A stretch of 62,566 nt of DNA, the filler included. It is 6 parts of 6 records of this genome, joined end to end, with 100 filler letters (N's around TTAATTAATTAA, not from the genome) between each part and the next. Parts side by side here need not be neighbours in the genome. Positions count along the whole stretch, not along the records: positions 12,110 to 30,832 come from SRR20825019_434; positions 30,933 to 39,634 come from SRR20825019_438; 4 more parts are not named here. One strand, written 5' to 3'. The notes under the pieces were generated by a model. The model ran no database searches. It saw only the letters and a list, made by a program, of their open reading frames with translations, and was not told the origin of the DNA. Positions 27,847 through 38,036 of this stretch are shown here, piece after piece; within the stretch, counting starts at the first letter, position 1; every line of letters starts with the position of its first letter. A program made the position numbers and the translations under genes.

Positions 27847-27943
27847 TATCGTTAAACTTTCACCAACCAGCAATTTCACTGGTTACACGTAAAAGCGGCG
27901 TTATATACGGGCTTCAACGCGAATCAGGATGAACGGCGACTCG

Positions 27944-27974
27944 CAAAAAAAATCGGCCGCCCGAAAGCGACCGA
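27944..27974 (-). terminator. mucR terminator
   Basis: Minus strand TCGGTCGC-TTTCGG-GCGGCCGA followed by T8. Confidence 0.7.
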
Positions 27975-28014
27975 AGAAAAGTCTGATGTCAGGGAGAGCG
28001 CCTGAAAGGCCAGC

Positions 28015-28437
28015 CTAGCCCTTGCGGCGCTGACCGAGCCCCATCTCCTTTGCAAGCCGCGAACGGGCTTCCGCATAAGAGGGCGCGACCATAGGATAAT
28101 CCGCAGGAAGATCCCATTTCTCGCGATAGGCGTCAGGCGTCAGATCATGATGCGTCATCAGATGACGTTTCAGGGACTTGAATGTGCCTCCGCACTCAAG
28201 GCACACCAAGTGATCGCCACTGATCGACTTGCGAACGGATACGGCAGGCTTCTGCTTTTCAGCGGCACTGGCGGCTCCGGCAGGCTTCGAAGTATTGCTC
28301 AAGGCGCTGTGCACTTCCGTGATCAGGGCGGGCAGGTCAGCGGTCTGAACGACATGATTGCTGACATAGGCAGCAACAATATCAGCCGTCAATTCTACAA
28401 GGTTTTGCGTATCTTGTGCCGCAACAGCTTCGGTCAT
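28015..28437 (-). CDS. mucR: MucR/Ros zinc-finger regulator
   Basis: [53 protein letters not shown]. Confidence 0.97.
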   Translation of the reverse strand: MTEAVAAQDTQNLVELTADIVAAYVSNHVVQTADLPALITEVHSALSNTSKPAGAASAAEKQKPAVSVRKSISGDHLVCLECGGTFKSLKRHLMTHHDLTPDAYREKWDLPADYPMVAPSYAEARSRLAKEMGLGQRRKG

Positions 28438-28816
28438 GATTTACTCCAATCCATCCTCGTCTTTTCGTTCAGGCCAAGGTCGACAGAGCAGTAGAGACTG
28501 CACCGCTGAAACAACGGAAATGCATACCAACGCGAAACACAAACAACCATTGTAACGTTTGTGTTCGATTTGTAACGCCAAATATTCCGTAGAAAGCGCC
28601 TTCAGTGAAACATGAAAAGACATTTTTATCTTTTGTGTTTTTCAAGAGCGGAATTAACTACTCATACGAAGGCAATATCACTTCATACGAAAATGTAAAG
28701 TTATAAAAGTCAAAAGAATACTATCAACTTGTTTCACGAACTAAAAACCACGAGACATGGAAAGCTCTTCGAAAAAATACTTAATGCAGACGCCAAAGGT
28801 GTATTATTCAACCTAA

Positions 28817-29155
28817 TTAAGCATCATTACTACTTTTAAGATCATCTTGAGATGTTCCTTCGTATAACGGGTAACCAATCTCATGCGCAGAACGTGCCAG
28901 AAGATGCGCGGAAATTGGTGCCGTCATAATAAAAAACAGAATACCGGCAATCGCACGAACGAAGGTTGGAATATCACCGGAATGCAAACCAATCGCCAGA
29001 AAGCACAGACCGGCGCCAACTGTCCCCGCTTTCGAAGCGGCATGCATCCGACTGTAAAGATCGGGCAAACGGATGATTCCGATCGCAGCCGTAAGCGTGA
29101 AAAGCGCACCAACAAGCATCAATAAGGAAACCAGGATCGCCAGAGCATATTCCAT
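28817..29155 (-). CDS. mnhG: Mrp/Pha cation:proton antiporter subunit G
   Basis: RLPDLYSRMHAASKAGTVG, TAPISAH. Confidence 0.93.
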   Translation of the reverse strand: MEYALAILVSLLMLVGALFTLTAAIGIIRLPDLYSRMHAASKAGTVGAGLCFLAIGLHSGDIPTFVRAIAGILFFIMTAPISAHLLARSAHEIGYPLYEGTSQDDLKSSNDA

Positions 29156-29158
29156 CGA

Positions 29159-29548
29159 TTAATCCTTTCTCTCACTGTCGGCGGCTACGACGGGAACATC
29201 TTCGCCGCTTTCACCATGATCATAGGCCATGGGGTGTGGCTTGACTTCGAACCCGGTTCGCGTCTCTTCCCGCATCCCACTGGAACGAATAAAACGTGCA
29301 AACGCGACCGTTGCCAAAAAACCGACAAGGCCAAGCGCGATGGCGATATCAATATAAAGCGTAAAACCGGTACGAATAGCAATGACCACAATAAAGGCCA
29401 TACCGACGGCAACCAGCATATCAAGAGCGAGCGCCCTGTCAGGCAACGTCGGGCCTTTGATAACTCTATAGCCGGTCAGGATCAGCGCAGTGCAGAGGAT
29501 TACGATCGAGATCTGTGCCGACCACTGAACGATTGCTTCAGGTGTCAT
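29159..29548 (-). CDS. mnhF: Mrp/Pha antiporter subunit F
   Basis: [23 protein letters not shown]. Confidence 0.93.
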   Translation of the reverse strand: MTPEAIVQWSAQISIVILCTALILTGYRVIKGPTLPDRALALDMLVAVGMAFIVVIAIRTGFTLYIDIAIALGLVGFLATVAFARFIRSSGMREETRTGFEVKPHPMAYDHGESGEDVPVVAADSERKD

Positions 29549-30021
29549 CGAGCAAATGCCTCTCTGATCTTCTTTTCGAAGCCATTGGCGATATCGTGCC
29601 GGATGCCTTCGGGATCGACACAGTCAAGCGCATGAATGTATAGCCTCTTCTTGTCGTCCGATACATCAACAGACAAAGTCCCGGGCGTAAGCGTAATCAT
29701 GTTGGCAAGCAACACGATCTGAAAATCATCCTCCAGCGAAAGATCAAAACGCACAATACCGGGTCTCAGATTCATCTTCGGGGAACATACAAGGCTTGCC
29801 ACGGACCATGCCGACTTCACCAGCTCAAACAAGAACAGAAGAAACAGGGCGATGATCCGCGTCAAGCGCGTGAAGTAACCTGTGCCGTCAAACTGATGGC
29901 GCACAAGCGCCACGCAAAGCGCGCCGATCAGGAGACCGAACATCAGGTTGTGCAGAGAAGCACTGCCGGTGATGGCGACCCAGACAAAGGCCAGGACAAG
30001 GTTGAGCAGATACATGGACAT
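29545..30021 (-). CDS. mnhE: Mrp/Pha antiporter subunit E
   Basis: [24 protein letters not shown]. Confidence 0.93.
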   Translation of the reverse strand: MSMYLLNLVLAFVWVAITGSASLHNLMFGLLIGALCVALVRHQFDGTGYFTRLTRIIALFLLFLFELVKSAWSVASLVCSPKMNLRPGIVRFDLSLEDDFQIVLLANMITLTPGTLSVDVSDDKKRLYIHALDCVDPEGIRHDIANGFEKKIREAFAR

Positions 30022-30832
30022 CTAAAGCCCTCCCTCAGGAAAAACCGAGGTGAAATAGCGCCCCGGAGAAAGCACGCCGTCAACGGCAACCGACGCCAGA
30101 TGAAGCAGGCTCTCCGGGAAAAGCCCAAACCAGACAACAAGCGCCGACAGCGCCACAAGCGGCAGCCACTCCGTAGTACGCAACTGTACGCGCACACGAT
30201 CTTCATCAGCTGCAGGACGCCAGTATGCCAGAAGGAAGACACGCCCCAAAGCAATAGACGAGAAGAAACCAGCCAGCAAAATCCCGACAGCAAGCCACCA
30301 GCTGCCATGCGCAATCGCCGCCTTGACCAGCACCGCCTTTGGCCAGAAACCGGAAAACGGTGGCAGCCCTGCCGCAGCGAAAAACAGCGCCAGCGACAGC
30401 CCGGCGAATGCCGGATTGCTGCGATAAAGTCCGGCAATCTGATTGAGCGAGAAACCGCCTGCAAGCTTTCCGGCGAGCCCGACTGCCAGATAAAGCGCCG
30501 TCATCAGCACAATCGAATGCAAAGCGTAAAAAACCGTTCCCTCAAGCGCCAGGGCATCGCCCATCGCGACGCCGGCCAGCATGTTACCAATGCCGACAAT
30601 CACGATATAGCCGACAGCACGGCGGATATCATGCTGGGCAATCGCCCCGATACCGGCGAAAACCAATGTCAAAAACGCACTGATACCAACCACCCAGCCA
30701 AGCGCCGACAGATCGGCGGGCAGGATCATGACCATGACACGGATCAGCGCGTAGATGCCAACCTTCGTCAGAAGTCCGCCAAACAGCCCCGAAACCACCG
30801 TTCGCGGCGTGTGATAAGAGGCTGGCAGCCAG
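30022..30832 (-). CDS. mnhD: Mrp/Pha antiporter subunit D, 3' part
   Basis: WLPASYHTP, LLTKVGIYAL, GLPPFSGFWPK. Confidence 0.92.
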
Positions 30833-30932
30833 NNNNNNNNNNNNNNNNNNNNNNNNNNNNNNNNNNNNNNNNNNNNTTAATTAATTAANNNNNNNNNNNN
30901 NNNNNNNNNNNNNNNNNNNNNNNNNNNNNNNN
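30833..30932. other. Artificial contig spacer
   Basis: N44-TTAATTAATTAA-N44. Confidence 0.99.
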
Positions 30933-31095
30933 ACACCCACAGGCACGCGCGACTTTGGGCAAACGCAGAAATATGCAAATCACACTTGAAAATCAAGTGC
31001 GTGCACCAAAAAATCATGTCAGACAGGTGGTCAAAACTGCTATCTGTTTGACAAAGTTCAAACAAAATTTTCGCAACAGCTAATCAGGAGCGGTT

Positions 31096-31995
31096 ATGGA
31101 TACTTTGACGCGTATGCGGGCCTATCTGGAAGTGGTGGAGGCAGAAGGTTTTTCCGCCGCCGCCCGCAAGACCGGACGCTCCAAGGCGCTCCTGTCCAAA
31201 TATGTACGTGAACTGGAAGACGACCTCGGTGTCCTCTTGCTTAACCGCACCACCCGCCAGTTTTCGTTAACGGAAGCCGGGCATCTCTATTACCGCCGTG
31301 CAGAAGAAATCGTACAGGAGATCGACAATCTCTCCGATGCCGTACGCGCTAACAATACCGATCTGCGTGGCCGTCTGCGCATTTCGGTCCCACGTTCCTT
31401 TGTCGATGCCCATATCGGCCAGTCGCTGATCGATTTTGCCCGCGACCACAAAGACCTTACACTGGAAATCGTAGCCGAGGACCGGTTCGTTGACCTGGTC
31501 GAGGAAGGCTATGATGTCGCCATCCGCATCACCACGCTTGACGATTCCACAATGATCGCCCGCAAACTGGCCGATTTCGGCAATTGGATCTGTGCGTCTT
31601 CAGAATGGCTCGGCAATCTGGAAGAGGCACTGGAAAAGCCCTCGGACCTCTCGCATGTTCCGTTTATCATCGACACCAATTCACGCTCCTACAACACACT
31701 GCGGTTTGAAAATGGCGACGGCTCGTCCTATTCTGTTCCAATCAAGGGACCCATTGAGGTCAACTCGCCTATGGCAACCATGCGCGCGGCCAGATCCGGT
31801 CTCGGTGTTGCCCTGATCCCCGATTTCATTGCCCGCCAAGCCGTTGCTGCCGGCGATCTCGTCACCATATTCGATGACCAGATCCCGCGACGCGCCGGGA
31901 TTTATGCCGTATACCCGGAGCGCCGTTACCTTCCGGCAAAGGTGCGCTCCTTCGTGGACTATCTTTCGAAGTGGTTTCGCGAAAACTGCAACTGA
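31096..31995 (+). CDS. LysR-family regulator (CrgA-like)
   Basis: GFSAAAR, LEDDLGVLLLNRTTRQFSLTEAG, VDLVEEGYDVAIR. Confidence 0.95.
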   Translation: MDTLTRMRAYLEVVEAEGFSAAARKTGRSKALLSKYVRELEDDLGVLLLNRTTRQFSLTEAGHLYYRRAEEIVQEIDNLSDAVRANNTDLRGRLRISVPRSFVDAHIGQSLIDFARDHKDLTLEIVAEDRFVDLVEEGYDVAIRITTLDDSTMIARKLADFGNWICASSEWLGNLEEALEKPSDLSHVPFIIDTNSRSYNTLRFENGDGSSYSVPIKGPIEVNSPMATMRAARSGLGVALIPDFIARQAVAAGDLVTIFDDQIPRRAGIYAVYPERRYLPAKVRSFVDYLSKWFRENCN

Positions 31996-32079
31996 GCGCC
32001 CAGGCCCGGCAAACGAGCATGTTTCTGACTCAATTTTGCCGTAACCAAACCGGCATCCGACTTTTCTCACGGAATCATC

Positions 32080-32733
32080 ATGGACCGCCCGACGAAACTT
32101 CTGACCACCATGGCTGCCCTGACAGTGACCCTGCTTTCAGTTGAAAGCGCGTCGGCGCATCCGCATGTCTTTGTTGATGCGCGGCTGGAAGTCGTAGCCG
32201 ATGATGATGGCTACGTCACGCAATTGCAGAATGTCTGGCGATTCGACGAGTTTTTCTCCTCGTCCGTCATCCTCGACTATGACACCAATATGGACAACAA
32301 GCTCACGGGCGACGAACTGACCGAGATTGGCGAAACTGTGCGCGATTCCCTTGGCGATTACGACTATTACACCCAGATTTCCGACAATGATAAAGATATC
32401 AAGCTCAAAAAACCCGATGTTATTCATGCCGACATGAAGGATGGTCAGTTGCTTCTATTCTTTGCCGCGGAGCCAGAAAAACCGCTGAAACTCTCCGGTC
32501 ACCTGACATTCGGCGTCTATGATCCGACCATGTATACGGCTATAAACTTTCACAGCGACAGCGACATTGTCACCATGGGCGATGCCTTCCAAAACTGCAG
32601 GGAAGCTGTGCTGCGCCCGGACCCCGACGAAGTGATCAATGAGAACCAGGACGCGCTGACCGCTGCGTTTTTCAGTGATCCCACCGATATGAGCAAGTTG
32701 TTTGCCACCAAGCTGGATGTAAGATGCGATTGA
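32080..32733 (+). CDS. DUF1007-family periplasmic protein
   Basis: Signal peptide then AHPHVFVD, WRFDEFFS, YDPTMY. Confidence 0.88.
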   Translation: MDRPTKLLTTMAALTVTLLSVESASAHPHVFVDARLEVVADDDGYVTQLQNVWRFDEFFSSSVILDYDTNMDNKLTGDELTEIGETVRDSLGDYDYYTQISDNDKDIKLKKPDVIHADMKDGQLLLFFAAEPEKPLKLSGHLTFGVYDPTMYTAINFHSDSDIVTMGDAFQNCREAVLRPDPDEVINENQDALTAAFFSDPTDMSKLFATKLDVRCD

Positions 32734-33809
32734 TCCGATTGTTTTTTCCGGTTTTCCTCCTGCTTCTTGCCTTTGCTGCAGGCGCAGCCGTGGCGCATGC
32801 CCAGACACCGCTTGGTATCGGCACAGCCGAGCCGTCTTTTTCCTCATCCTTCGGGCCATTGCAGCATCTGCTGACCACCATCAACCAGTATCAGCAGCAA
32901 TTTTATCACGCTTTGACAGCCGCGCTCAAAGCGATGCGCGATGATCCCGTCAAGGTTCTCGGTCTCGTCGGGCTATCCTTTGCCTACGGTGTTTTCCACG
33001 CTGCTGGCCCCGGCCATGGCAAGGTGGTCATTTCCTCTTATCTGATTGCCAACGAAACCGAGCTGAAGCGCGGCGTTCTGATCGCGCTGCTGTCTTCTCT
33101 GGCACAGGGTGTAGCCGCTGTTTTGCTGGTCGGCACCGCCTATCTCGTCCTGCGCGGCACCGCGATCTCCATGCGCGACGCAACACTTTTCATGGAACGC
33201 GCCAGTTTCCTGCTGGTAGCCGTCTTCGGTGCCTGGCTTTTGTTTTCCAAAACCCGTTCCATTTTCTTCAGGAACGGACACCATCACAGCCACGGCCCGG
33301 AACTGGCAGGTACTGCCAATATGCCCGCACACCTGGACGAGCACGAAAATGGGCACGATCATTTCCATACACATGAAGAACATGCGCATCACCGGCACCA
33401 AAGTGACCATGAGCACCACGTTCATGGTCCCGAATGCGGTTGCGGCCATGCGCACATGCCGGACCCGTCGGCCATCGGCGGCAAGGATTTGGACTGGAAG
33501 GGCGCTGGCTCCGCCATTCTCGCCATCGGTATGCGGCCATGCTCCGGCGCCCTGATCGTGCTGACCTTTGCCCTTTTGAACGGGTTGATCCTTGGCGGTA
33601 TCGCTTCGGTTTTTGCCATGGCCATCGGCACAGCCATCACCGTATCGGCGCTTGCCATTATCGCCGTATCGGCCAAAGGCCTCGCCGTCCGGCTCGCCGG
33701 ACGTGAAAACGGACGCGGCGCAGTGATCGGTCACACCATCGAAATCACTGGCGCGCTCGCGGTCATGCTGATGGGGCTCATGCTGTTCTCCGCATCAATG
33801 GCGGGGTAA
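32724..33809 (+). CDS. Ni/Co transporter (NiCoT/RcnA-like) with His-rich loop
   Basis: YGVFHAAGPGHGK, His-rich stretch, CGCGHAH, GMRPCSGA, MAIGTAIT. Confidence 0.9.
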   Translation: MRLIRLFFPVFLLLLAFAAGAAVAHAQTPLGIGTAEPSFSSSFGPLQHLLTTINQYQQQFYHALTAALKAMRDDPVKVLGLVGLSFAYGVFHAAGPGHGKVVISSYLIANETELKRGVLIALLSSLAQGVAAVLLVGTAYLVLRGTAISMRDATLFMERASFLLVAVFGAWLLFSKTRSIFFRNGHHHSHGPELAGTANMPAHLDEHENGHDHFHTHEEHAHHRHQSDHEHHVHGPECGCGHAHMPDPSAIGGKDLDWKGAGSAILAIGMRPCSGALIVLTFALLNGLILGGIASVFAMAIGTAITVSALAIIAVSAKGLAVRLAGRENGRGAVIGHTIEITGALAVMLMGLMLFSASMAG

Positions 33810-33819
33810 CCAACAGCGC

Positions 33820-34731
33820 TCAGGCGTTGCGGGCCGCCGCGACAAAAGCCGCACCTTCCCTGCCATACAGAAAGCCATTGGAAAGCGGCGCGGCCGGATA
33901 GAGAGCTTTCAGCTGTTCAAGTGCCGCTTCTGCTTCCGTTCTCCCGTCAAGAACGGCCCGGTAGATTTCAGAGACCGCCACCATATCGCAATCCTGCGGC
34001 GACAGGCGGAAGCGGGCAATGCCTGCCTCCGCCAGCCCCCCCATCTCGCCCACCAGCGCCTGACAGGTATGTGACACCGTCTGAACACCATTCAGGGCGA
34101 GGAATGGCTGCCGGTCGAGTGTGCGTACCGACAGCCCGTCGGGATCGTCCTTGCAGACGAACTGGCAATTATCCTTGACCTTGCCTTTTGAGCGGGCATG
34201 GGCGCAGCGCGCCGAAATGGCAAGCGGCATACGACCGAAGGCGAAAACCTCCAGATCGAGGCCGGGCTTTTCCGCCGCAATGGCCTCAATGGATGATAGC
34301 GGAAGCTCGGGTGGAAGACAGATCGCTGTTGCCCCACGCTGCTGCAAAAGCCGGGCTGTCGGTGCATTATAGACATTCACCAGCGGCCCAACCGTATAAG
34401 GCCGACCTTTCAGGAAGTTGAGCGCCGACAGGTCATTGGCCTCAACCGTATAGCTATCATCTTCAGCCATTTCCCGGATCTGGCGGACTTCCCGGTTCAG
34501 CGTCACCAGCGCATAGGTGGAAAGCACCACTTCCTTGCCCGCTGCCTCCAGCCGCTCGATAACGTCGGCCATATAAGGCTCGATGAAATGCTGGCGTTTG
34601 GAACAGACCGTCTCGCCGATCACGACCCTTGAAACCGGTGCTTCGTCAGCGATGCGAAAATAGAAGTCCCGCCATTTCTCGCCCTCCCACAGGTAGTAGA
34701 CGGGTCCAAAGGTAAGCTTCGCATCTGTCAT
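33820..34731 (-). CDS. ubiV: UbiV, U32-family O2-independent ubiquinone hydroxylation protein
   Basis: LTFGPVYYLW, GETVCSKR, PLAISARCAHAR, NCQFVC, LNGVQT. Confidence 0.92.
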   Translation of the reverse strand: MTDAKLTFGPVYYLWEGEKWRDFYFRIADEAPVSRVVIGETVCSKRQHFIEPYMADVIERLEAAGKEVVLSTYALVTLNREVRQIREMAEDDSYTVEANDLSALNFLKGRPYTVGPLVNVYNAPTARLLQQRGATAICLPPELPLSSIEAIAAEKPGLDLEVFAFGRMPLAISARCAHARSKGKVKDNCQFVCKDDPDGLSVRTLDRQPFLALNGVQTVSHTCQALVGEMGGLAEAGIARFRLSPQDCDMVAVSEIYRAVLDGRTEAEAALEQLKALYPAAPLSNGFLYGREGAAFVAAARNA

Positions 34732-34733
34732 GT

Positions 34734-35711
34734 CTATCGCCATTTCTTTTCATATGCGCCGGATGTGGTCTTGCCGCCTTCTGAAAGCCCTTTCAGCCGG
34801 GACAGAAGCGCTGCACGCTCTTCCGGCGCAGCACCAAGCGCTTTTTTCAATGTTGATACGACCTCGAAGACGTAGGCCTTGCCACGCTGGCGGCCTTCGA
34901 TCTTCAGTGCTGAAACGCCGGCGGCGCGCAAGGCGTCGATCTCGCTCATCACATCCAGCGAAACCGGATCTTCAAAGGCATAACCGCAGGCCTCCCCAAT
35001 ATCGAACCGGCCCTTGCATAACGTCGGATAACCCGCAGCTTCGCCATCGCCAAAACGGTTGATCGTGTAGCCGCCCAGCTCGGAGACCATATCATTGCCT
35101 TCGCGACGATAGCGCACATGGCTGGCCGGTGAGCAAACGCCGTTCATGTTCGGCGATTTTCCAGTTGCATAGGAGGACAGCGAGCAACGCCCTTCCGCCA
35201 TCACGCAAAGCCCGCCGAAGACGAAAACCTCGATCTCGCATTTCACGGCCCTGCCGATACGGGCAATGTCGGCAATCGTCAGCGTGCGCGGCAAAACCAC
35301 ACGCTTCGCATTGAAGGCATCCACGAGAAAGCTGATCGCCTCCGGGTTGGAAGCGGACGCCTGAACCGAAACATGCAGGCGCTGCTCGGGATATTTTTCA
35401 GCCACATGCGCCATAAGGCCGAAATCGGCCAGGATCAGTGCATCAGCGCCAAACCCGGAGGCATCAGCGGCACCCTGATACCAGATGTCTTCAGCACCCG
35501 CACGCATGAAGGTATTAAGCGCCACCAGCACTTTTGTGCCGTGCTGATGGGCATAGGCAATCGCGTCTCGCAGTTCTTCGCGGGAAAAATTCAGACCTGG
35601 AAAATTGCGGGCGTTAGTCTCGTCACGAAAGCCACAATAGACCGCATCCGCACCCGCTTCGACAGCAGCGCGGAAGGCTGACGGTGTACCCGCCGGACAG
35701 ATCAGTTCCAT
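34734..35711 (-). CDS. ubiU: UbiU, U32 family
   Basis: MELICPAG, TNARNFPGLNF, GGLCVMAEGRCSLSSY, GYPTLCKGRF, KIEGRQRG. Confidence 0.94.
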   Translation of the reverse strand: MELICPAGTPSAFRAAVEAGADAVYCGFRDETNARNFPGLNFSREELRDAIAYAHQHGTKVLVALNTFMRAGAEDIWYQGAADASGFGADALILADFGLMAHVAEKYPEQRLHVSVQASASNPEAISFLVDAFNAKRVVLPRTLTIADIARIGRAVKCEIEVFVFGGLCVMAEGRCSLSSYATGKSPNMNGVCSPASHVRYRREGNDMVSELGGYTINRFGDGEAAGYPTLCKGRFDIGEACGYAFEDPVSLDVMSEIDALRAAGVSALKIEGRQRGKAYVFEVVSTLKKALGAAPEERAALLSRLKGLSEGGKTTSGAYEKKWR

Positions 35712-36208
35712 GATCGCGGCTCCTCGAACAAAACCTTGCCGCGAATGCGTGCTGCCGTGTGAGCGATCATCGGCGCGAACGGCCCCGCAAGCGCCGAAAG
35801 ATCTTTTGGCAAATCGATATCGCAATCATCCAGCGCGTTTCGAAGCGCCAGCATCGCCTCCATATCACCACTGACGACCAGGTCGCGCGAGAAGAACAAT
35901 GCATCGCCATCCAGCCGCCCCTCCATCAGTGCCAGCAGAATGAAGAACGGCCCCTCAATCACCGCATCTGCATGAATTTCCGCATCGCAGCGCAGAACCG
36001 TCACCGTCTCTTCCGCCGGCTCGATCAGGAAAGTGAACGGAAGGTCTGCCGGGCGAAAAGCGAAACGCTTGGTTTTGTGCTCACCCAGCCGCTCGAACAG
36101 GCCGGGGTGCTGGCGCATCAGACGCTTCAACAACATGTTGGCAGTCCGTTCTGCCAGCGGGATCGGAACCAGATCGAATGGAATTGCGAGGACGGGCGGT
36201 AATTGCAT
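35702..36208 (-). CDS. ubiT: UbiT, SCP2-domain protein
   Basis: DGDALFFSRDLVVSGDMEAMLALRNALD; upstream of ubiU. Confidence 0.9.
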   Translation of the reverse strand: MQLPPVLAIPFDLVPIPLAERTANMLLKRLMRQHPGLFERLGEHKTKRFAFRPADLPFTFLIEPAEETVTVLRCDAEIHADAVIEGPFFILLALMEGRLDGDALFFSRDLVVSGDMEAMLALRNALDDCDIDLPKDLSALAGPFAPMIAHTAARIRGKVLFEEPRSWN

Positions 36209-36269
36209 TATCTTGTCTTTCGCTAAGCTTTCATGCCCCGCAAACTATCGGCTGTCAGGCAGCAGTGAT

Positions 36270-36283
36270 TTGAGCTAGCGCAA
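36270..36283. promoter_or_regulatory. FNR/FixK-like box between divergent ubiT and ubiD
   Basis: TTGAG-CTAG-CGCAA keeps the TTG-N8-CAA core of TTGAT-N4-ATCAA. Confidence 0.55.
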
Positions 36284-36317
36284 AGACCGGAGCTTTTCTC
36301 AAAGCCATTTATGGTCG

Positions 36318-37814
36318 ATGAAAAGTGATACACCACCGCGCCGCTACGACGGCCTTCAGGACTTTCTGGCCGCGCTGGAAACACGCGGACGGCTGAAGCG
36401 TATTTCCAGGCCGGTGGCGCTGAAACACGAGATCACCGAAATTCACCGGCGGGTTCTGCACCAAGGTGGTCCGGCACTTTATTTTGAAAAGCCGGTGAAT
36501 GATCAGGGGCAGATCAGCCCGATCCCGCTTGTTGCCAATCTGTTTGGCACACGCGAACGCATCGAATGGGGTTTCGGCCTCAAGACCGGTGAGATCGGCA
36601 AGCTTGCAAATCTCCTGAACGCGTTGAAATCACCGCACCCTCCGTCAAGTTTTCGCGAGGCCATGGGGAGCCTGCCGCTTTTGCGCTCAGCGCTTTCGCT
36701 TGGCAGCAGGACGCAAAGCCATGCGCAGTCTCAGGCTATCATCTGGCGCGGCGCGGAGATTGATATGGACCGGCTGCCGGTGCAATGGTGCTGGCCGGGC
36801 GAACCGGCTCCGCTTGTCACCTGGCCGCTGGTCATCACCCGCGATCACGACAATCCGCATGATATCAATGTCGGTGTTTACCGGATGCAGAAGTTGGGCA
36901 AAGACCGGTTGATCATGCGCTGGCTTTCCCAGCGCGGCGGCGCCAAGCACTTCCGTTCATGGAAGAAAGCGGGCAAGGACATGCCGGTAGTAATCGCCAT
37001 CGGCACCGACCCGGCGACAATCCTCTCCGCCGTCATGCCATTGCCCGAAGGTATGAGTGAACTGGATTTCGCAGGTGTTCTGAACGGTCATAAAACCCGT
37101 GTCGCTGCGGGCATCACGCAGAAGCTGCCGGTGCCCGCCAATGCGGAGATCGTGCTGGAAGGCGTGGTTTCGGCAACCGAGGAAGCCGATGAGGGGCCTT
37201 ATGGCGATCACACCGGCTATTTCAATGCGGTTGAACGTTTTCCGGTCGTGACACTTTCCGCCATCACAATGCGGCAAAAACCGGTTTATCTTTCCACATA
37301 TACCGGTCGCCCGCCGGATGAACCTTCCGTTTTGGGCGAAGCCATGAATGAACTTTTCATTCCGCTGGTCAAACAGCAGTTTCCGGAAGTCATCGATATT
37401 TACCTTCCGCCGGAGGCCTGTTCCTACCGCGCTATCGTGATCGCCATTGATAAACGCTATCCCGGTCAGGCACGGCGGGTGATGATGGGGCTTTGGTCGA
37501 TGTTGTCGCAATTCAACATGACCAAGCTGATCATCGTCGTCGATCCTGATATCAATGTGCGCGACTGGAAGGATGTGATCTGGGCGCTTTCAACGCGCTT
37601 CGATGCCGCCCGCGACACAATGCTGATCGAGAATACGCCGATTGACTATCTCGACTTTGCCTCACCGAAAGCCGGCCTTGGCGGCAAGCTGGGGCTGGAC
37701 GCGACGGTCAAGCTCGGCACCGAGACCGAGCGTGAATGGGGCGACGTTTTGAAAATGACGCCGGAGGTCAGCGATCATATCGATAGCATCTGGCAGGAAC
37801 TGGGACTGGACTGA
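36318..37814 (+). CDS. ubiD: UbiD prFMN-dependent decarboxylase
   Basis: NVGVYRMQ, EGPYGDHTGY, TYTGRPPDEP, PPEACSYR, TPIDYLDFASP. Confidence 0.95.
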   Translation: MKSDTPPRRYDGLQDFLAALETRGRLKRISRPVALKHEITEIHRRVLHQGGPALYFEKPVNDQGQISPIPLVANLFGTRERIEWGFGLKTGEIGKLANLLNALKSPHPPSSFREAMGSLPLLRSALSLGSRTQSHAQSQAIIWRGAEIDMDRLPVQWCWPGEPAPLVTWPLVITRDHDNPHDINVGVYRMQKLGKDRLIMRWLSQRGGAKHFRSWKKAGKDMPVVIAIGTDPATILSAVMPLPEGMSELDFAGVLNGHKTRVAAGITQKLPVPANAEIVLEGVVSATEEADEGPYGDHTGYFNAVERFPVVTLSAITMRQKPVYLSTYTGRPPDEPSVLGEAMNELFIPLVKQQFPEVIDIYLPPEACSYRAIVIAIDKRYPGQARRVMMGLWSMLSQFNMTKLIIVVDPDINVRDWKDVIWALSTRFDAARDTMLIENTPIDYLDFASPKAGLGGKLGLDATVKLGTETEREWGDVLKMTPEVSDHIDSIWQELGLD

Positions 37815-37820
37815 TGGGGC

Positions 37821-38036
37821 TTACTTGCCATGACGGCGCTGATAACGCCCTCTGAGCCAGAACACGAAGAACACCGCCAATACAAATAAAGTGCCGACCG
37901 CCACAGCCAGCCAGGGCGAAAACCGTGCAACGAAGTTGACGATATCGGGCAGGAAGTAGCCGCCGAGCAGCATTCCGGCAAAAATGATCGCAGCCGCGAT
38001 CAACGTTGAACGGCTGGTCTTCGTCGGCTCACTCAT
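37821..38036 (-). CDS. Small two-TM membrane protein
   Basis: Two hydrophobic helices, basic tail, ATGA-coupled to the upstream GNAT gene. Confidence 0.7.
   Translation of the reverse strand: MSEPTKTSRSTLIAAAIIFAGMLLGGYFLPDIVNFVARFSPWLAVAVGTLFVLAVFFVFWLRGRYQRRHGK

Noticed and set aside
28438-28816. AT-rich region as foreign DNA or sRNA
   Set aside because: Consistent with the ordinary AT-rich mucR upstream region; no clear structure seen
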